This document shows positions 1 through 10,986 of a stretch of 64,000 nucleotides of DNA, piece by piece. Numbering within the stretch: position 1 is the stretch's first letter; each line of letters opens with the position of its first letter. The position numbers and the translations under genes are program-made. The notes under the pieces were generated by a model that made no database searches, was not told the origin of the DNA, and worked only from the letters and a program-made list of their open reading frames with translations. The stretch is from positions 5,725 to 69,724 of the forward strand of contig CALXZI010000001.1 of assembly GCA_944393205.1 (NCBI GenBank), written 5' to 3'. The stretch comes from an uncultured Alphaproteobacteria bacterium (GTDB lineage: Bacteria > Pseudomonadota > Alphaproteobacteria > RF32 > CAG-239).

Positions 1-347
1 AAAAAAAGCTTTCCCACGCGTACCCCGGGCGCGATTTCAAAACCCGAGGCGCCGCTCAAATTAATCTCGTCATATTTCAAGGGCGGAACTTTAACACTGC
101 GTGATGAACTCAAAATCAGACTACTGATTTTCGCTCCCTCGTCAATAGAACATTCTCTGGCCTGATTAAGAAAAATCCGACCGTATTTCCCCTGCGGGAT
201 ATTGGCACGGTAAGTATTATTCAAGATAAGAACTTTGATTTTGACTCCGGGTTCAATATAAAAACCTTTGGCACGGCTCAAATCAACTCTTTCATAAGAG
301 CCTTTCACGATTGTTGCGCCAAAAGTATCCTGCAGACTGAGCTTCAT
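1..347 (-). CDS. dCTP deaminase/dUTPase-superfamily-like protein, N-terminal part; gene start at 347, runs off the window edge
   Basis: Hand translation of the minus strand from ATG at 347 gives MKLSLQDTFGATIVKGSYERVDLSRAKGFYIEPGVKIKVLILNNTYRANIPQGKYGRIF..., an open frame to position 1. GFYIEPG resembles the FYLHPGE-type motif of Dcd. This ORF is below the ORF-track threshold because it is cut by the window. Confidence 0.3.
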   Translation of the reverse strand, partial: MKLSLQDTFGATIVKGSYERVDLSRAKGFYIEPGVKIKVLILNNTYRANIPQGKYGRIFLNQARECSIDEGAKISSLILSSSRSVKVPPLKYDEINLSGASGFEIAPGVRVGKLF

Positions 348-492
348 TTTTTTTCTCCCAACGTCTGACATTATTAGGATATAAAAAAATCACCCGCCCG
401 TCAATATTTTTCATACAACGATGCCATCATAAACCTCATAAAAAGAGCTATATACAAAAAAGTTTTACAAGTAATAACCTTGCAGATTGTTT

Positions 493-1260
493 TTAATCTT
501 CACCACGCCCACGCATTTTATCAAGCAAAACATCGCAAAGCTCGCCATAGCGCCTGACATTTTCATGGCTCATGGGTTTTTCTCTCTCATCGGTAATAGC
601 TTTTACCACGCCTTTATCGCCGGTTTTGAAAACAACTTCGCCGGCACGATTATAAATCATCATCGTATCATAAAGTTTTTCATCTTCAATTTTCTGCAAC
701 GTACCGAGCATACCCTGATAAGCTGCGTCATGCGCCGAACGCGATGTAAAACGCGCCAACGGATATCTGTCAAGCTGCTCCTGATAGCGGGCGTAAATAG
801 AAATCCGGCTTTCTATTTCCGGCACGGCCAACGCCAAAATATTGATTTTATAACCCTCCGCCCGCAAATTTTTGATTGTATCGCAAATCTGTGTGGTCCG
901 CATGGTTCCTTCAAAAATAATATTATAATGCCCGGCAATTGCCGCATCAAACACCGATTTTCCCCATGCCCGCACATCTGCATCGGTATATGCGGCAAAG
1001 TCCTTGTTATGTTTTGCAAAAATTTCCGGTGCCTGCGGATGATTCAAACGAAACTCATCACCGTTGATTATCACAATGTTTGAACTGCCAAAATTTTCAT
1101 AAACCCTTTTGGTTAAAACGCTTTTTCCGGCACCGGGCTGACCGCCCAAAATAAAAATCTGCGGGTTTGAAACCGGTTCTTTCCCGTCAAATAAACCTTT
1201 TTTTATTTCCTCACAAATAGCATCGTGAACTTCTGGCGGAAGTTTATAATCCTCTGTCAT
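493..1260 (-). CDS. zeta-toxin family P-loop kinase (toxin of an epsilon/zeta-type TA pair)
   Basis: Walker A motif GGQPGAGKS and about 255 aa, typical zeta/PezT size. The start may be at 1275 or at the internal MTEDYK (1260). It overlaps the upstream small ORF. Confidence 0.55.
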   Translation of the reverse strand: MTEDYKLPPEVHDAICEEIKKGLFDGKEPVSNPQIFILGGQPGAGKSVLTKRVYENFGSSNIVIINGDEFRLNHPQAPEIFAKHNKDFAAYTDADVRAWGKSVFDAAIAGHYNIIFEGTMRTTQICDTIKNLRAEGYKINILALAVPEIESRISIYARYQEQLDRYPLARFTSRSAHDAAYQGMLGTLQKIEDEKLYDTMMIYNRAGEVVFKTGDKGVVKAITDEREKPMSHENVRRYGELCDVLLDKMRGRGED

Positions 1261-1543
1261 TCTTTTTTCCCGCAAGATATTCTTTCATTTCTTTGGAATA
1301 TTCATTCAAAATTTTATCTCTGGTTTCCCGGTCGCCTTGATACATCAAATGACGTTCTTCATTAAGCAGTTGCAATTCTCTTTCCAAACGCGCCATAAGC
1401 TTATCGTCTCTTTCCTGTTCCGGCTTCATTTTTTCCAAAGCAAGACGCGTAATGCGGGTTGCCCGCATTCCGGCCATAATCTCAATGGCTGTGTCCGTCT
1501 GTGCCAAAACCGTCGGGTCGCTGTAATCTGCTTTTTCATCCAT
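1244..1543 (-). CDS. small acidic protein, candidate epsilon-like antitoxin
   Basis: About 100 aa starting at the internal ATG (MDEKADYSD) with an AAGGAG RBS 10 nt upstream. It sits immediately upstream of the zeta-like gene and overlaps it by ~17 nt, the typical antitoxin-toxin arrangement. Confidence 0.4.
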   Translation of the reverse strand: MDEKADYSDPTVLAQTDTAIEIMAGMRATRITRLALEKMKPEQERDDKLMARLERELQLLNEERHLMYQGDRETRDKILNEYSKEMKEYLAGKKNDRGL

Positions 1544-1879
1544 TGTTTTTTTCTCCTTATATATCCGCATTATAACACGATATTTTCCTTGGGCAAGCAA
1601 AATCACCAAACCTCGCCCTTGCCGCCGCCAAAGGCAACGAGTATATCCCCGCAAACCCCGAATTGCTGGAAACATATTTTACTTTTCATATCAATGTATC
1701 GTTATGGGGCGGCTTGTTAGCAATCGTACTGGCATTTTTGTACATAATAAAACAACACCTTGCCAAAGCCAAAACTCGCAGGACTCAAAGTACTACAAGC
1801 AAATCGCCTCCCCATACATAATTTCCATAAACAAAAAGCAGAGAGTATAAAAACTCCCTGCTTAAACTTTTTCTGTATC

Positions 1880-2452
1880 TCACTTTTCACAAGAGATAAT
1901 TTTGTCGTCATAAATGACAACTTTTACGGTATCCCCTGCATGGTAGTCCCAATCCTTGGCTACTTTAGAAGATACCTTAAAAATACCTCCTTCTTCCAAA
2001 GATATGTAGATGTTGTTTTCAGACTTCACATCCACCTGTTGAAGGACCACCGTTTGAGAAGGTTTTCTATCAGGAGAAGAAATATATACTCCCAATACCA
2101 CCAAACCTAAGATGGTGATAAAAGCAAATCCCACTATCTTTGGAAGAATCATCCCTATCACGCATCCCAGCCCGATCAAAATGACCACCCTGAAACACTC
2201 GCCGATAGTACTTGATGACGGTATCAGCCCAAAGAGCAACCCTGCAACAAGCAGGGATAATAATCCGACAATGCTCCTGCCTTTATGCATATCGCGGAAT
2301 TTGGTGATAATAATACACATTGCTACTACGAAAAAACCCAATGCTACAACTGAGCTTTTCCCCTTCCAAAGGAAGGCCTCTGCTGTCAAAATACTTAAAA
2401 ACAGCACACTGACAATTACATTTGTCAGAATTTCTTTACTCTTTTTATCCAT
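1880..2452 (-). CDS. membrane protein with 4-5 TM helices and a small C-terminal beta-rich (NfeD-like OB-fold?) domain
   Basis: Hydrophobic segments throughout. The C-terminus, ...KDWDYHAGDTVKVVIYDDKIIS, resembles the NfeD short C-terminal domain. Confidence 0.3.
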   Translation of the reverse strand: MDKKSKEILTNVIVSVLFLSILTAEAFLWKGKSSVVALGFFVVAMCIIITKFRDMHKGRSIVGLLSLLVAGLLFGLIPSSSTIGECFRVVILIGLGCVIGMILPKIVGFAFITILGLVVLGVYISSPDRKPSQTVVLQQVDVKSENNIYISLEEGGIFKVSSKVAKDWDYHAGDTVKVVIYDDKIISCEK

Positions 2453-2611
2453 ATCTATATCTTAATTTTTAATATTCTGGACTCAAGATATCCGATTTTC
2501 ACAATTTTGTCAATAAAAATATTTTGCCAAAATCAAAACTTCATAAAACCAAAAGCATACTGTGCGCTGACATTCTTTGACAACATTCATCCTCAAAAAA
2601 AACGAGGATAC

Positions 2612-2645
2612 CCAACGCAAAAAGGCGGAAAAACTTCCGCCTTTT
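2612..2645 (-). terminator. rho-independent terminator after rplO
   Basis: GGCGGAA-aaac-TTCCGCC hairpin with an A-run on the plus strand, which is a T-run on the minus strand, immediately downstream of the rplO stop. Confidence 0.6.
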
Positions 2646-2671
2646 ATGATAGTTGCTTAAAACTTCAGAGC

Positions 2672-3127
2672 TTAAGCAATAACGTTGACTTTACCGCCGG
2701 CTTTTTCAACCGCCTCAACCGCCGCCTTGGAAGCGGAGTTGACTGAAATGTTGATGCTGGTGGTAATCGCACCGCGAGCCAACAGACGAACACCGTCTTT
2801 TTTGCCGGAAATAATTCTGGATTTCAACAAAGCTTCAATATCAATAGCGCTGGCATCCAACTTGCCGGCGTCAATGGCTTTTTGAATGGTGTCCAGATTA
2901 ACAACCGCAAAATGAAGCGCAAACGGATTCTTAAAACCGCGTTTCGGCAAACGACGGTAAATCGGCATTTGTCCGCCTTCAAAACCGTTTTTGGCGCCGC
3001 CCGAGCGGGATTTCTGACCCTTAACGCCGCGGCCGCCGGTTTTACCCTTGCCACTGCCGATACCGCGTCCGACACGGATACGGTCCTTGGTCGCTCTCGG
3101 ATTGTTTTTCAATTCATTAAGTTTCAT
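2672..3127 (-). CDS. rplO: 50S ribosomal protein L15
   Basis: Gly/Arg/Lys-rich N-terminus ([15 protein letters not shown]) and position after rpmD. Confidence 0.9.
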   Translation of the reverse strand: MKLNELKNNPRATKDRIRVGRGIGSGKGKTGGRGVKGQKSRSGGAKNGFEGGQMPIYRRLPKRGFKNPFALHFAVVNLDTIQKAIDAGKLDASAIDIEALLKSRIISGKKDGVRLLARGAITTSINISVNSASKAAVEAVEKAGGKVNVIA

Positions 3128-3285
3128 TTTCTTTCACCTAACTAATTTTTAATTTTACTATAAAAAGTTTTGTCATAAACAGATTTCTACAAACGGGCTT
3201 GCCGTTGTCCGATTTGTAAGCGCCATATACAAACAGCTACATAAGTGAGCAAATCGGACAACTTGAAGCCTGCTTTGTAAAACCG

Positions 3286-3468
3286 TTACTCCTCAACTTT
3301 AACGAGGTGGCTAACCTTTTTAATCATCCCACGGATTGCCGGCGTATCTTCCAACACCGCAGTGCGATTCATTTTGTTCAAGCCCAATCCGATCAAAGTT
3401 GCTCTTTGGTCTTTCGGTTTGCCGATAGGGCTCGCGATTTGAGTAACTTTCAATGTCTTTTTAGCCAT
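3286..3468 (-). CDS. rpmD: 50S ribosomal protein L30
   Basis: 60 aa, [25 protein letters not shown]... Confidence 0.9.
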   Translation of the reverse strand: MAKKTLKVTQIASPIGKPKDQRATLIGLGLNKMNRTAVLEDTPAIRGMIKKVSHLVKVEE

Positions 3469-3471
3469 GGA

Positions 3472-4032
3472 TTAAGCCTCCTCTTTTTCCATTTTCACGT
3501 TTGAAGAATTTTCGCGGCGGCTGACAATATCCCCGACTTTTTTACCGCGTTTGGCGGCAATCATGCGCGGAGAATTAATAGACTGCAAAGCGTTAAAAGT
3601 TGCTTTAATCATATTATACGGGTTGTTTGAACCCAACGATTTTGCAACTACGTCCTGCACGCCCAAAACTTCAAACACGGCACGCATCGGACCGCCGGCA
3701 ATAACACCGGTACCGGCCGGAGCTGTTCTTAAAATAACCTTTCCGGCGCCGAAACGACCCGCCACATCGTGATGCAGCGTTCTGCCTTCACGCAGCGGAA
3801 TGCGAACCATATTCTTTTTCGCCTCATTAGTAGCTTTAACAATGGCTTCCGGAACCTCGGCGGCTTTGCCGGAACCAAACCCGACGCGCCCCTTTTGGTC
3901 GCCAACCACAACAACGGCTGCAAAAGACATCGTGCGGCCGCCTTTAACAGTTTTGGCAACGCGGTTGACGTGAACCAGTTTTTCTACCAATTCTTCGGTT
4001 TTTTCTTTTTTACTATGACGATCTACTGCCAT
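3472..4032 (-). CDS. rpsE: 30S ribosomal protein S5
   Basis: Conserved core [12 protein letters not shown]...FAAVVVVGD and position. Confidence 0.9.
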   Translation of the reverse strand: MAVDRHSKKEKTEELVEKLVHVNRVAKTVKGGRTMSFAAVVVVGDQKGRVGFGSGKAAEVPEAIVKATNEAKKNMVRIPLREGRTLHHDVAGRFGAGKVILRTAPAGTGVIAGGPMRAVFEVLGVQDVVAKSLGSNNPYNMIKATFNALQSINSPRMIAAKRGKKVGDIVSRRENSSNVKMEKEEA

Positions 4033-4042
4033 CTTACTTCTC

Positions 4043-4405
4043 CTAGAATTTTAATCCGGCTGCACGGGCAGCATCGGCCAAAGCTTTAACACGGCCGTGA
4101 TAAATATAGCCGCCGCGGTCAAAAACGACCTCGCTTACACCCGATTTGGCTGCTCTTTCAGCAATTAATTTACCGATGAAGCCGGCGGCTTCAACCGTAG
4201 ATGACTTTTTGATGCTGTCGCGAACTTCTTTATCCAAAGTGGATGCGGAAGCAATTGTTGCACCTTTGGCATCGTCAATAATCTGCGCGTAAATATGCTT
4301 GCCGCTGCGAAAAACCGACAATCTCAACTTCCCGTTGGCGGCTTTCTTCAAAGCGGTTCTGACACGCGCCTTTCTTTTTTCAAACAATTTTCTTGGTGTA
4401 TTCAT
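4043..4405 (-). CDS. rplR: 50S ribosomal protein L18
   Basis: 120 aa, [18 protein letters not shown] motif. Confidence 0.9.
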   Translation of the reverse strand: MNTPRKLFEKRKARVRTALKKAANGKLRLSVFRSGKHIYAQIIDDAKGATIASASTLDKEVRDSIKKSSTVEAAGFIGKLIAERAAKSGVSEVVFDRGGYIYHGRVKALADAARAAGLKF

Positions 4406-4419
4406 CTTAAGCTTATCCC

Positions 4420-4956
4420 TTATTTCTTCTTGCCTTCTTTACGACGTACATATTCGCCTTCATACTTCACGCCTTTGCCTTTGTAAGGTTCGGGTTTTCT
4501 GTATTTGCGAATTTCCGCAGCAACTTGTCCGACAAGCTGTTTATCCACACCAAAAATTTTAATCTGAGTCGGAGATTCGCAAGAAAATTTAATGCCTTCC
4601 GGAGCCGGAAAGTTCACATCATGCGAAAAGCCCAAAGACAAAACAAGTTTGTTACCTTCGGTACGGGCTTTGTAACCAACGCCGACCAATTCCAAATTTT
4701 TGGTGAAACCTTCGCTTACACCCTTTACCAACGTATTGATGTTTGCGCGGGTTGTTCCCCATAAAGCGCGAGCCGTCTGGCTGCTTGACAGCGGGGAAAC
4801 GACAATTTTATTGTCTTCCAGCTTGGCTGCAATATGGCTGTCGTCAAAAGTGCAGCTGAGTTCACCTAATTTTCCTTTAATCGTAACAACGTTGCCTTCA
4901 ATGGCCGCCGTTACGCCAGCCGGGATAATAACCGGATATTTACCTACTCTTGACAT
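4420..4956 (-). CDS. rplF: 50S ribosomal protein L6
   Basis: 178 aa, [15 protein letters not shown] start. Confidence 0.9.
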   Translation of the reverse strand: MSRVGKYPVIIPAGVTAAIEGNVVTIKGKLGELSCTFDDSHIAAKLEDNKIVVSPLSSSQTARALWGTTRANINTLVKGVSEGFTKNLELVGVGYKARTEGNKLVLSLGFSHDVNFPAPEGIKFSCESPTQIKIFGVDKQLVGQVAAEIRKYRKPEPYKGKGVKYEGEYVRRKEGKKK

Positions 4957-4968
4957 CCGCTTTCTCCC

Positions 4969-5367
4969 TTAAAATACCTGACACAAAATTTCACCGCCGA
5001 CATTGGCTTTACGGGCATCATTGTCGCTCATCACACCCTGCGGGGTGGAAACAATGGAAATACCTAAACCGTTATACACTCTCGGCAGGTCCTTAACGCT
5101 TGAATAAACGCGACGGCCCGGCGTTGAAACGCGGTAAATTTCTGTTATAACCGAAGCACCTTCATGGTACTTTAATTTAATGACGAGTTCATCAACGCCC
5201 GGTCTGACATTGCGCTTTTCATAGCCTTCAATGTAGCCTTCTTTTTTCAGAACTTCCAAAACATTTTCACGCAGGCGAGAGGCCGGTGATACAACATCAC
5301 TTTTCTTCGCTCTTTGTGCGTTTCTAATGCGTGTGAGCATATCGCCCAAAGGATCAGTCATTGACAT
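4969..5367 (-). CDS. rpsH: 30S ribosomal protein S8
   Basis: 132 aa, [17 protein letters not shown] start. Confidence 0.9.
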   Translation of the reverse strand: MSMTDPLGDMLTRIRNAQRAKKSDVVSPASRLRENVLEVLKKEGYIEGYEKRNVRPGVDELVIKLKYHEGASVITEIYRVSTPGRRVYSSVKDLPRVYNGLGISIVSTPQGVMSDNDARKANVGGEILCQVF

Positions 5368-5379
5368 AATATCTCCTCC

Positions 5380-5685
5380 TTACCAGCTTGATTTTACCAA
5401 ACCCGGAATTTCGCCGAAGCTTGCCATGTTTCTCAATTCCACACGGCTCAAACCGAACTTCCGGTAATAACTACGTGAACGGCCGGTCAATTTGCAACGG
5501 TTTCTCACTCTGATTTTGGCAGAGTTGCGCGGCAATGCGGCCAATTTCAAAGTCGCTTGGAAACGTTCTTCCGGAGAAGCGTTCTTGTCCATAACGACAT
5601 CCTTTAATTTTTGACGGCGATTAGCATACTTCTCGGCCATCTTTACTCTTTTCAAGTTTCTATATACTGAACTTGTCTTTGACAT
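5380..5685 (-). CDS. rpsN: 30S ribosomal protein S14
   Basis: 101 aa, ends ...GEIPGLVKSSW. Confidence 0.9.
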   Translation of the reverse strand: MSKTSSVYRNLKRVKMAEKYANRRQKLKDVVMDKNASPEERFQATLKLAALPRNSAKIRVRNRCKLTGRSRSYYRKFGLSRVELRNMASFGEIPGLVKSSW

Positions 5686-5699
5686 AGTAAAATCTCCGC

Positions 5700-6239
5700 T
5701 TATTTCTTGTAAGGCAGGTTAAATGAAGTCAGCAAAAATTTCGCTTCTTCATCTGTCTTGGCCGATGTGCAAATAACAATATCCATTCCGCGAACATCTT
5801 CAACTTTTTCATAGTTGATTTCCGGAAAAATGACTTGTTCTTTAATACCAAAAGCAAAATTGCCTTTACCGTCAAAGTTTTTGCCCGATATGCCGTGAAA
5901 GTCTCTGATACGCGGCAAAGCCATGTTGATCAGTCTTTCCAAAAATTCATACATTCTGGTAGAGCGCAACGTCACTTTGCAGCCAATCGGCATACCTTCT
6001 CTCAACTTAAACGTGGCAATGGATTTGCGAGCCGTCGTCATCACCGGTTTCTGACCGGCAATCAAAGCCAACTCTTCCATAGCGTTGTTGAGCTTTTTCT
6101 TATCGGTAACGGCATCGCCGATACCCATGTTCAATACAATTTTCGTCAGCTTCGGAATCTCGTGTGGGTTCTTGTAACCGAATTTTTCCACAAGAGATTT
6201 CTTTATGACTTCATTGTAAAGTTTTTCAAAGTTTGTCAT
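5700..6239 (-). CDS. rplE: 50S ribosomal protein L5
   Basis: 179 aa, position between rplX and rpsN. Confidence 0.9.
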   Translation of the reverse strand: MTNFEKLYNEVIKKSLVEKFGYKNPHEIPKLTKIVLNMGIGDAVTDKKKLNNAMEELALIAGQKPVMTTARKSIATFKLREGMPIGCKVTLRSTRMYEFLERLINMALPRIRDFHGISGKNFDGKGNFAFGIKEQVIFPEINYEKVEDVRGMDIVICTSAKTDEEAKFLLTSFNLPYKK

Positions 6240-6250
6240 AAAATTTTCTC

Positions 6251-6565
6251 CTATTTATCGATTACTTCACCGGATTTACGTGCAACACGCACTTTAGTCC
6301 CTTTGTCATCCTTGTAACCAACGCGGGAAGCTTTCCCGTCCGAAGTTACAATCGCGACGTTTGAAACGTGAATAGCGGCTTCTTTGGTCACAATTCCGCC
6401 GGGAGTGGTCTGGCTGGGCTTGCTGTGTCTTTTAACCAAGTTGACACCTTGAACAACCACCTTGCTCTCTTTGGGCATCGCTTTCAAAACTTCGCCGGTT
6501 TTACCTTTGTCATCACCTGACAAGATAATAACTTTATCACCTTTTTTAATTTTCATTTTAGGCAT
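6251..6565 (-). CDS. rplX: 50S ribosomal protein L24
   Basis: 104 aa, [18 protein letters not shown] motif. Confidence 0.9.
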   Translation of the reverse strand: MPKMKIKKGDKVIILSGDDKGKTGEVLKAMPKESKVVVQGVNLVKRHSKPSQTTPGGIVTKEAAIHVSNVAIVTSDGKASRVGYKDDKGTKVRVARKSGEVIDK

Positions 6566-6933
6566 TACAATACCTCCGGTGCTAATGAAATGATTTTCAT
6601 AAATTTCTTTGCGCGCAGCTCTCTGGTAACAGGGCCGAAGATACGAGTACCAATCGGCTCACCGTCTTTGTTGATAAGAACTGCCGCGTTGCTGTCAAAA
6701 CGGATGACGCTACCGTCTTTGCGGCGAATATCACTGGCGGTTCTGACAATAACCGCTTTGCAAACGTCGCCTTTCTTGACGCGCCCTTTGGGCATCGCAT
6801 CCTTAATTGAAACAACAATAACATCACCTACGGAAGCATGCATTCTCTTGGACCCGCCAAGAACTTTAATGCACTGCACCTGACGTGCTCCAGAATTATC
6901 TGCAACATCTAGGTTGGTTTGCATCTGTATCAT
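6565..6933 (-). CDS. rplN: 50S ribosomal protein L14
   Basis: [17 protein letters not shown]...[12 protein letters not shown], near-universal L14 sequence. Confidence 0.95.
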   Translation of the reverse strand: MIQMQTNLDVADNSGARQVQCIKVLGGSKRMHASVGDVIVVSIKDAMPKGRVKKGDVCKAVIVRTASDIRRKDGSVIRFDSNAAVLINKDGEPIGTRIFGPVTRELRAKKFMKIISLAPEVL

Positions 6934-6951
6934 TTTCTAATTCCTTCTTTT

Positions 6952-7188
6952 CTAGGCGTTATCAACTAATACAGTCCAACTTTTCGTCTTTGAATAAGGT
7001 TTGGATTCAATAATCGTCACCTGATCGCCAACCTTGAACTGGTTATTTTCATCGTGAGCGGCATATTTTTTGCTCTTCTTCACGAACTTCTTGTAAACAG
7101 GATGCATCACCTGACGCTCTACGCTGACCACGACGGTTTTATCCTGTTTATCGCTAACAACAACACCTTGAAGAATTCTTTTAGGCAT
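6952..7188 (-). CDS. rpsQ: 30S ribosomal protein S17
   Basis: Start trimmed to the internal [14 protein letters not shown] with an AGGAGA RBS; the longer ORF up to 7221 would overlap rpmC. Confidence 0.85.
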   Translation of the reverse strand: MPKRILQGVVVSDKQDKTVVVSVERQVMHPVYKKFVKKSKKYAAHDENNQFKVGDQVTIIESKPYSKTKSWTVLVDNA

Positions 7189-7198
7189 ATCTTTTCTC

Positions 7199-7396
7199 CT
7201 AACTATTCTTCTTGCGCTCACTTAAGAGCGTGTTGATTCTGGCTATTTCGCGGCGGACTTTACGGATTTGAGCCGTGTTGGTCAGTTGCCCCGTAGATTG
7301 CTGAATGCGTAAGTTAAACTGTTCCTTTTTATTTTCAGTCAGTTTAGCTTCCAATTCATCAATCGTCATAGCACGCAAATCTTTTGTTTTAACCAT
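7199..7396 (-). CDS. rpmC: 50S ribosomal protein L29
   Basis: 65 aa, position. Confidence 0.85.
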   Translation of the reverse strand: MVKTKDLRAMTIDELEAKLTENKKEQFNLRIQQSTGQLTNTAQIRKVRREIARINTLLSERKKNS

Positions 7397-7824
7397 TATG
7401 CTTCTCCTTTATCCGAATTCAAGCGCTGAACAAATTTGCTTTTGACCGGCAATTTTGCAGCACCAAGGGCAAATGCTCTGCGAGCGGTTTCTTCATCAAT
7501 ACCTTCCGCCTCAAACATAATGCGACCCGGTTTTACTCTTGCAACCCAGAATTCAACAGCACCTTTACCTTTACCCATACGAACCTCGGCCGGTTTATCC
7601 GACACCGGAACATCAGGGAAAATTCTGATCCATAAACGGCCGGCTCTCTTCATCTCACGGGTAATTGCGCGACGGGCGGCCTCAATTTGGCGCGCCGTAA
7701 CGCGTTCCGGAGACAAAGCCTTCAGGCCGTATGTACCGAAACTCAATGTTGATCCGCCTTTGGCCAGACCGTGAATACGGCCTTTATGCTGTTTGCGGAA
7801 CTTCATACGTTTTGGACTTAACAT
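7396..7824 (-). CDS. rplP: 50S ribosomal protein L16
   Basis: [16 protein letters not shown] start. Confidence 0.9.
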   Translation of the reverse strand: MLSPKRMKFRKQHKGRIHGLAKGGSTLSFGTYGLKALSPERVTARQIEAARRAITREMKRAGRLWIRIFPDVPVSDKPAEVRMGKGKGAVEFWVARVKPGRIMFEAEGIDEETARRAFALGAAKLPVKSKFVQRLNSDKGEA

Positions 7825-7844
7825 CTTATTCTAACCTCACTATC

Positions 7845-8516
7845 TTATTTCTGTTCAGCCAGTTTTTTGTCCTGAGCCATCGGATCATGAGCCATAATTT
7901 CGCCCTTATAGATCCACACTTTAACGCCGCAAGCGCCATAAGTGGTATGCGCTGTAGAGGTAGCATAATCAATGTCCGCACGCAAAGTGTGCAAAGGCAC
8001 GCGACCTTCGCGGTAATATTCGGTACGAGCAATTTCAGCACCGCCCAAACGACCGCTGCAGCAAACTTTGATACCTTCTGCACCCAAACGCAGGGCAGAC
8101 TGCATCACGCGTTTCATCGCCCGACGGAAAGCAACGCGTCTTTCCAACTGTTGGGCAACCGAATCAGCCACCAATTTGGCATCCAACTCAGGTTTTCTGA
8201 CTTCCAGAATGTTCAACTGAACTTCCGAAGATGTCAGTTTCTGAATTTCTTTTCTCAAATTCTCAATGTCCTGACCTTTTTTGCCGATAACGACCCCCGG
8301 TCTGGCTGAATGAATAGTGACTCTGGCTTTTTTTGCCGGACGTTCAATCACGATGCGGCTAACGCCTGCCTGAGCCAATTTTTCCTTCAAGAATTCTTTA
8401 ATTTTCAAATCTTCGTGGAGATAGTCGGTAAACTTGTCATCATCAGCATACCAACGCGAGTCCCATGTGCGGTTAACGCCCAAACGAAGACTGGTAGGAT
8501 TTACTTTTTGTCCCAT
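7845..8516 (-). CDS. rpsC: 30S ribosomal protein S3
   Basis: [24 protein letters not shown] start. Confidence 0.95.
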   Translation of the reverse strand: MGQKVNPTSLRLGVNRTWDSRWYADDDKFTDYLHEDLKIKEFLKEKLAQAGVSRIVIERPAKKARVTIHSARPGVVIGKKGQDIENLRKEIQKLTSSEVQLNILEVRKPELDAKLVADSVAQQLERRVAFRRAMKRVMQSALRLGAEGIKVCCSGRLGGAEIARTEYYREGRVPLHTLRADIDYATSTAHTTYGACGVKVWIYKGEIMAHDPMAQDKKLAEQK

Positions 8517-8521
8517 CTCTT

Positions 8522-8896
8522 TTACTCCCCACGCTCGGTGACGACAACGGTCAGGCTGGAGAAAGGTTTCAACACCCGAGCCCCGCGCCCGCGACCGCGT
8601 GCGTGCATACGTTTCATAACTAAACCTTTACCGACAAAAGCTTCGCTGACAACGAGCTTATCAATATTCAGGTTATGGTTGTTTTCAGCATTGGCGATTG
8701 CTGATTGCAGCAAGCCCAATGCAACTTTAGCGATTCTCTTCTTTGAGAAAGAAAGCTCCGCAACGGCTTTTTCGGCCGACAGACCACGAATAGACTGGGC
8801 AACCAAGTTCAGTTTACGCGGGCTGGTGCGGATAGAGCGGCAAACGGCCATCGCCTGATTTTGAGCTACTCTTCTTGCATCTTTAGTTTTTCCCAT
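8522..8896 (-). CDS. rplV: 50S ribosomal protein L22
   Basis: 124 aa, position between rpsS and rpsC. Confidence 0.85.
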   Translation of the reverse strand: MGKTKDARRVAQNQAMAVCRSIRTSPRKLNLVAQSIRGLSAEKAVAELSFSKKRIAKVALGLLQSAIANAENNHNLNIDKLVVSEAFVGKGLVMKRMHARGRGRGARVLKPFSSLTVVVTERGE

Positions 8897-8898
8897 AA

Positions 8899-9177
8899 TT
8901 AACCTCTCTTCGCTGTCTTGTCTGCGGCGTGCCCGTAGAAAGTACGGGTCGGTGCAAATTCACCAAACTTGTGGCCGACCATATCCTCGGTAACCAAAAC
9001 CGGAATAAATTTGTGGCCGTTGTGAACGCCGAAAGTTAAACCTACGAACTGCGGCAACATCGTGGAACGACGTGACCAAATTTTAATCACCTCATTGCGA
9101 CCTGAAGCTCTGGCAGCGTCAGCTTTCTTAAGAAGATAACCATCAACAAAAGGTCCTTTCCAAACGGAACGTGTCAT
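8899..9177 (-). CDS. rpsS: 30S ribosomal protein S19
   Basis: [18 protein letters not shown] start. Confidence 0.95.
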   Translation of the reverse strand: MTRSVWKGPFVDGYLLKKADAARASGRNEVIKIWSRRSTMLPQFVGLTFGVHNGHKFIPVLVTEDMVGHKFGEFAPTRTFYGHAADKTAKRG

Positions 9178-9192
9178 TAGTTTTTCTCCTTA

Positions 9193-10026
9193 TTATTTCT
9201 TGTTATCATGACGTGATCTCATAATAAAGCGATCCGTCTTCTTGTTAGAACGAGTCTTGGCGCCCTTGGTCGGCTTACCCCACGGCGTAACCGGATGGCG
9301 GCCGCCGGAAGTTCTGCCCTCACCACCACCATGTGGGTGGTCAACCGGGTTCATCGCAACACCACGGACAACCGGTCTGATACCCAACCAACGAGAACGA
9401 CCAGCCTTACCGAGCGATTTGTTTTGATTGTCCGGATTGGAAACGGCACCAACCGTTGCCAGACATTCTTCACGGACGATTCTCAATTCACCGGAGCTCA
9501 ATTTTAATTGGGCATAACCGGCATCTTTACCGACAACTTGAGCGTAGCAACCGGCTGAACGAGCCAACTGGCCGCCCTTGCCTGCTTTCAACTCAACATT
9601 GTGAACAATCGTACCGACCGGCATACTCTTTAAAGGCATCGCATTGCCGGGTTTGATATCGGCTTTTGCTGAAGCAATAACCTTGTCGCCGACTTTCAAT
9701 CTTTGCGGAGCCAAAATATAAGCCAACATACCGTCATTATACTTAATTAAAGCAATGAAAGACGTACGGTTGGGATCATATTCAATCCGCTCAACTGTTG
9801 CTTCGCAGTCAAATTTATTGCGTTTAAAGTCGATAATTCTCAACTTGCGTTTATGTCCGCCGCCGATTCTCCGACTTGTAACATGTCCAAAATTATCACG
9901 CCCACCGGTCTTTGTCAAACCAACCGTTAATGTTTTTTCCGGCGCACCCTTGTACAGCTCACTTCTGTCAACAATAATCAGCTGACGAAGTCCCGGAGAT
10001 GTGGGCTTAAATGTTTTTAAAGCCAT
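9193..10026 (-). CDS. rplB: 50S ribosomal protein L2
   Basis: 277 aa, [13 protein letters not shown] motif. Confidence 0.95.
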   Translation of the reverse strand: MALKTFKPTSPGLRQLIIVDRSELYKGAPEKTLTVGLTKTGGRDNFGHVTSRRIGGGHKRKLRIIDFKRNKFDCEATVERIEYDPNRTSFIALIKYNDGMLAYILAPQRLKVGDKVIASAKADIKPGNAMPLKSMPVGTIVHNVELKAGKGGQLARSAGCYAQVVGKDAGYAQLKLSSGELRIVREECLATVGAVSNPDNQNKSLGKAGRSRWLGIRPVVRGVAMNPVDHPHGGGEGRTSGGRHPVTPWGKPTKGAKTRSNKKTDRFIMRSRHDNKK

Positions 10027-10028
10027 GA

Positions 10029-10349
10029 CTAAATTCCTGTTGTAACATCAATGTTTTGACCATCAGCAAGCGTCACAACGGCTTTTTTATAATCAGAGCG
10101 AACGCCCTGACGGCCGCGGAATACTTTTACCTTGCCGAACTGACGAATGGTATTTACCTTATTTACCTTAACGTTGAAGATATTTTCAACGGCTGATTTG
10201 ACTTCATCTTTGGTCGCAGATAACGGCACCATAAAGGTAACCTTGCCGGCTTCTGATGAAACCATGGATTTTTCGGTAATTACCGGACGAACCAATGTAT
10301 CGTACATTTTTGCGGTAACATTGTTTGATTTCTTAAGATTTTTTACCAT
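10029..10349 (-). CDS. rplW: 50S ribosomal protein L23
   Basis: Start set to the internal MVKNLKK with a GAAGGAGAG RBS; the upstream ORF extension to 10370 overlaps the rplD end. Confidence 0.85.
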   Translation of the reverse strand: MVKNLKKSNNVTAKMYDTLVRPVITEKSMVSSEAGKVTFMVPLSATKDEVKSAVENIFNVKVNKVNTIRQFGKVKVFRGRQGVRSDYKKAVVTLADGQNIDVTTGI

Positions 10350-10975
10350 TTCAATCTCTCCTTCAAGCATTCAACCGCATCCGTGGTCAACACCAGTTTG
10401 TCTCTTCTCAAGATGTCATATACATTGGCACCGATTGTCGGCAGAACGTCAACGCCTGCGATATTGCGGCTGGCCAACGCAAAGTTTACATCTACTTCCT
10501 TGCCGTCAATGAACAAGCAGTTTTTCAAACCGCAAACATCCAACTTCGCTTTCAAGTCTTTTGTTTTCGGTGCTGACAACTTTGCTTGGTCAATAATAAC
10601 AAGGTTGCCCTCTTTGGCTTTCGCAGAGAGAGCCGTTTTCAAACCGAGTTTTCTGAATTTTTTGGTCAAATCGTGCGAATGGTCGCGGACAACCGGACCG
10701 AACACGATACCGCCCTTGCGGAACTGCGCTCCTTTACGGGAACCTTGACGCGCATTACCACTGCCTTTTTGCTTAAACGGCTTGGCCGGCGTCAAAGCAA
10801 CATCGGAACGTCCTTTGGTCTGGTGAGTACCAGCCTGCTGGCGGGCGAGTTGCCAAACAACAACACGGTGTAAAATATCAGCACGAACTTCAAGCCCGAA
10901 AATCGAGTCGTCAAGTTCAATTGTACCGACACTTTTATTATCTAAATTTAAGATGTCCTGTTTCATAATTTTCAA
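10343..10975 (-). CDS. rplD: 50S ribosomal protein L4
   Basis: 210 aa, position. Confidence 0.9.
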   Translation of the reverse strand: MKIMKQDILNLDNKSVGTIELDDSIFGLEVRADILHRVVVWQLARQQAGTHQTKGRSDVALTPAKPFKQKGSGNARQGSRKGAQFRKGGIVFGPVVRDHSHDLTKKFRKLGLKTALSAKAKEGNLVIIDQAKLSAPKTKDLKAKLDVCGLKNCLFIDGKEVDVNFALASRNIAGVDVLPTIGANVYDILRRDKLVLTTDAVECLKERLKW

Positions 10976-10986
10976 TCCTTACAATC

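Noticed and set aside
487-1083. 198-aa plus-strand ORF overlapping the zeta-toxin gene
   Set aside because: It lies entirely antisense within the zeta-like CDS, which has a clear P-loop and a partner gene, and it has no RBS.
7731-8858. 192- and 182-aa plus-strand ORFs across rpsC/rplV
   Set aside because: They are antisense to highly conserved ribosomal protein genes.
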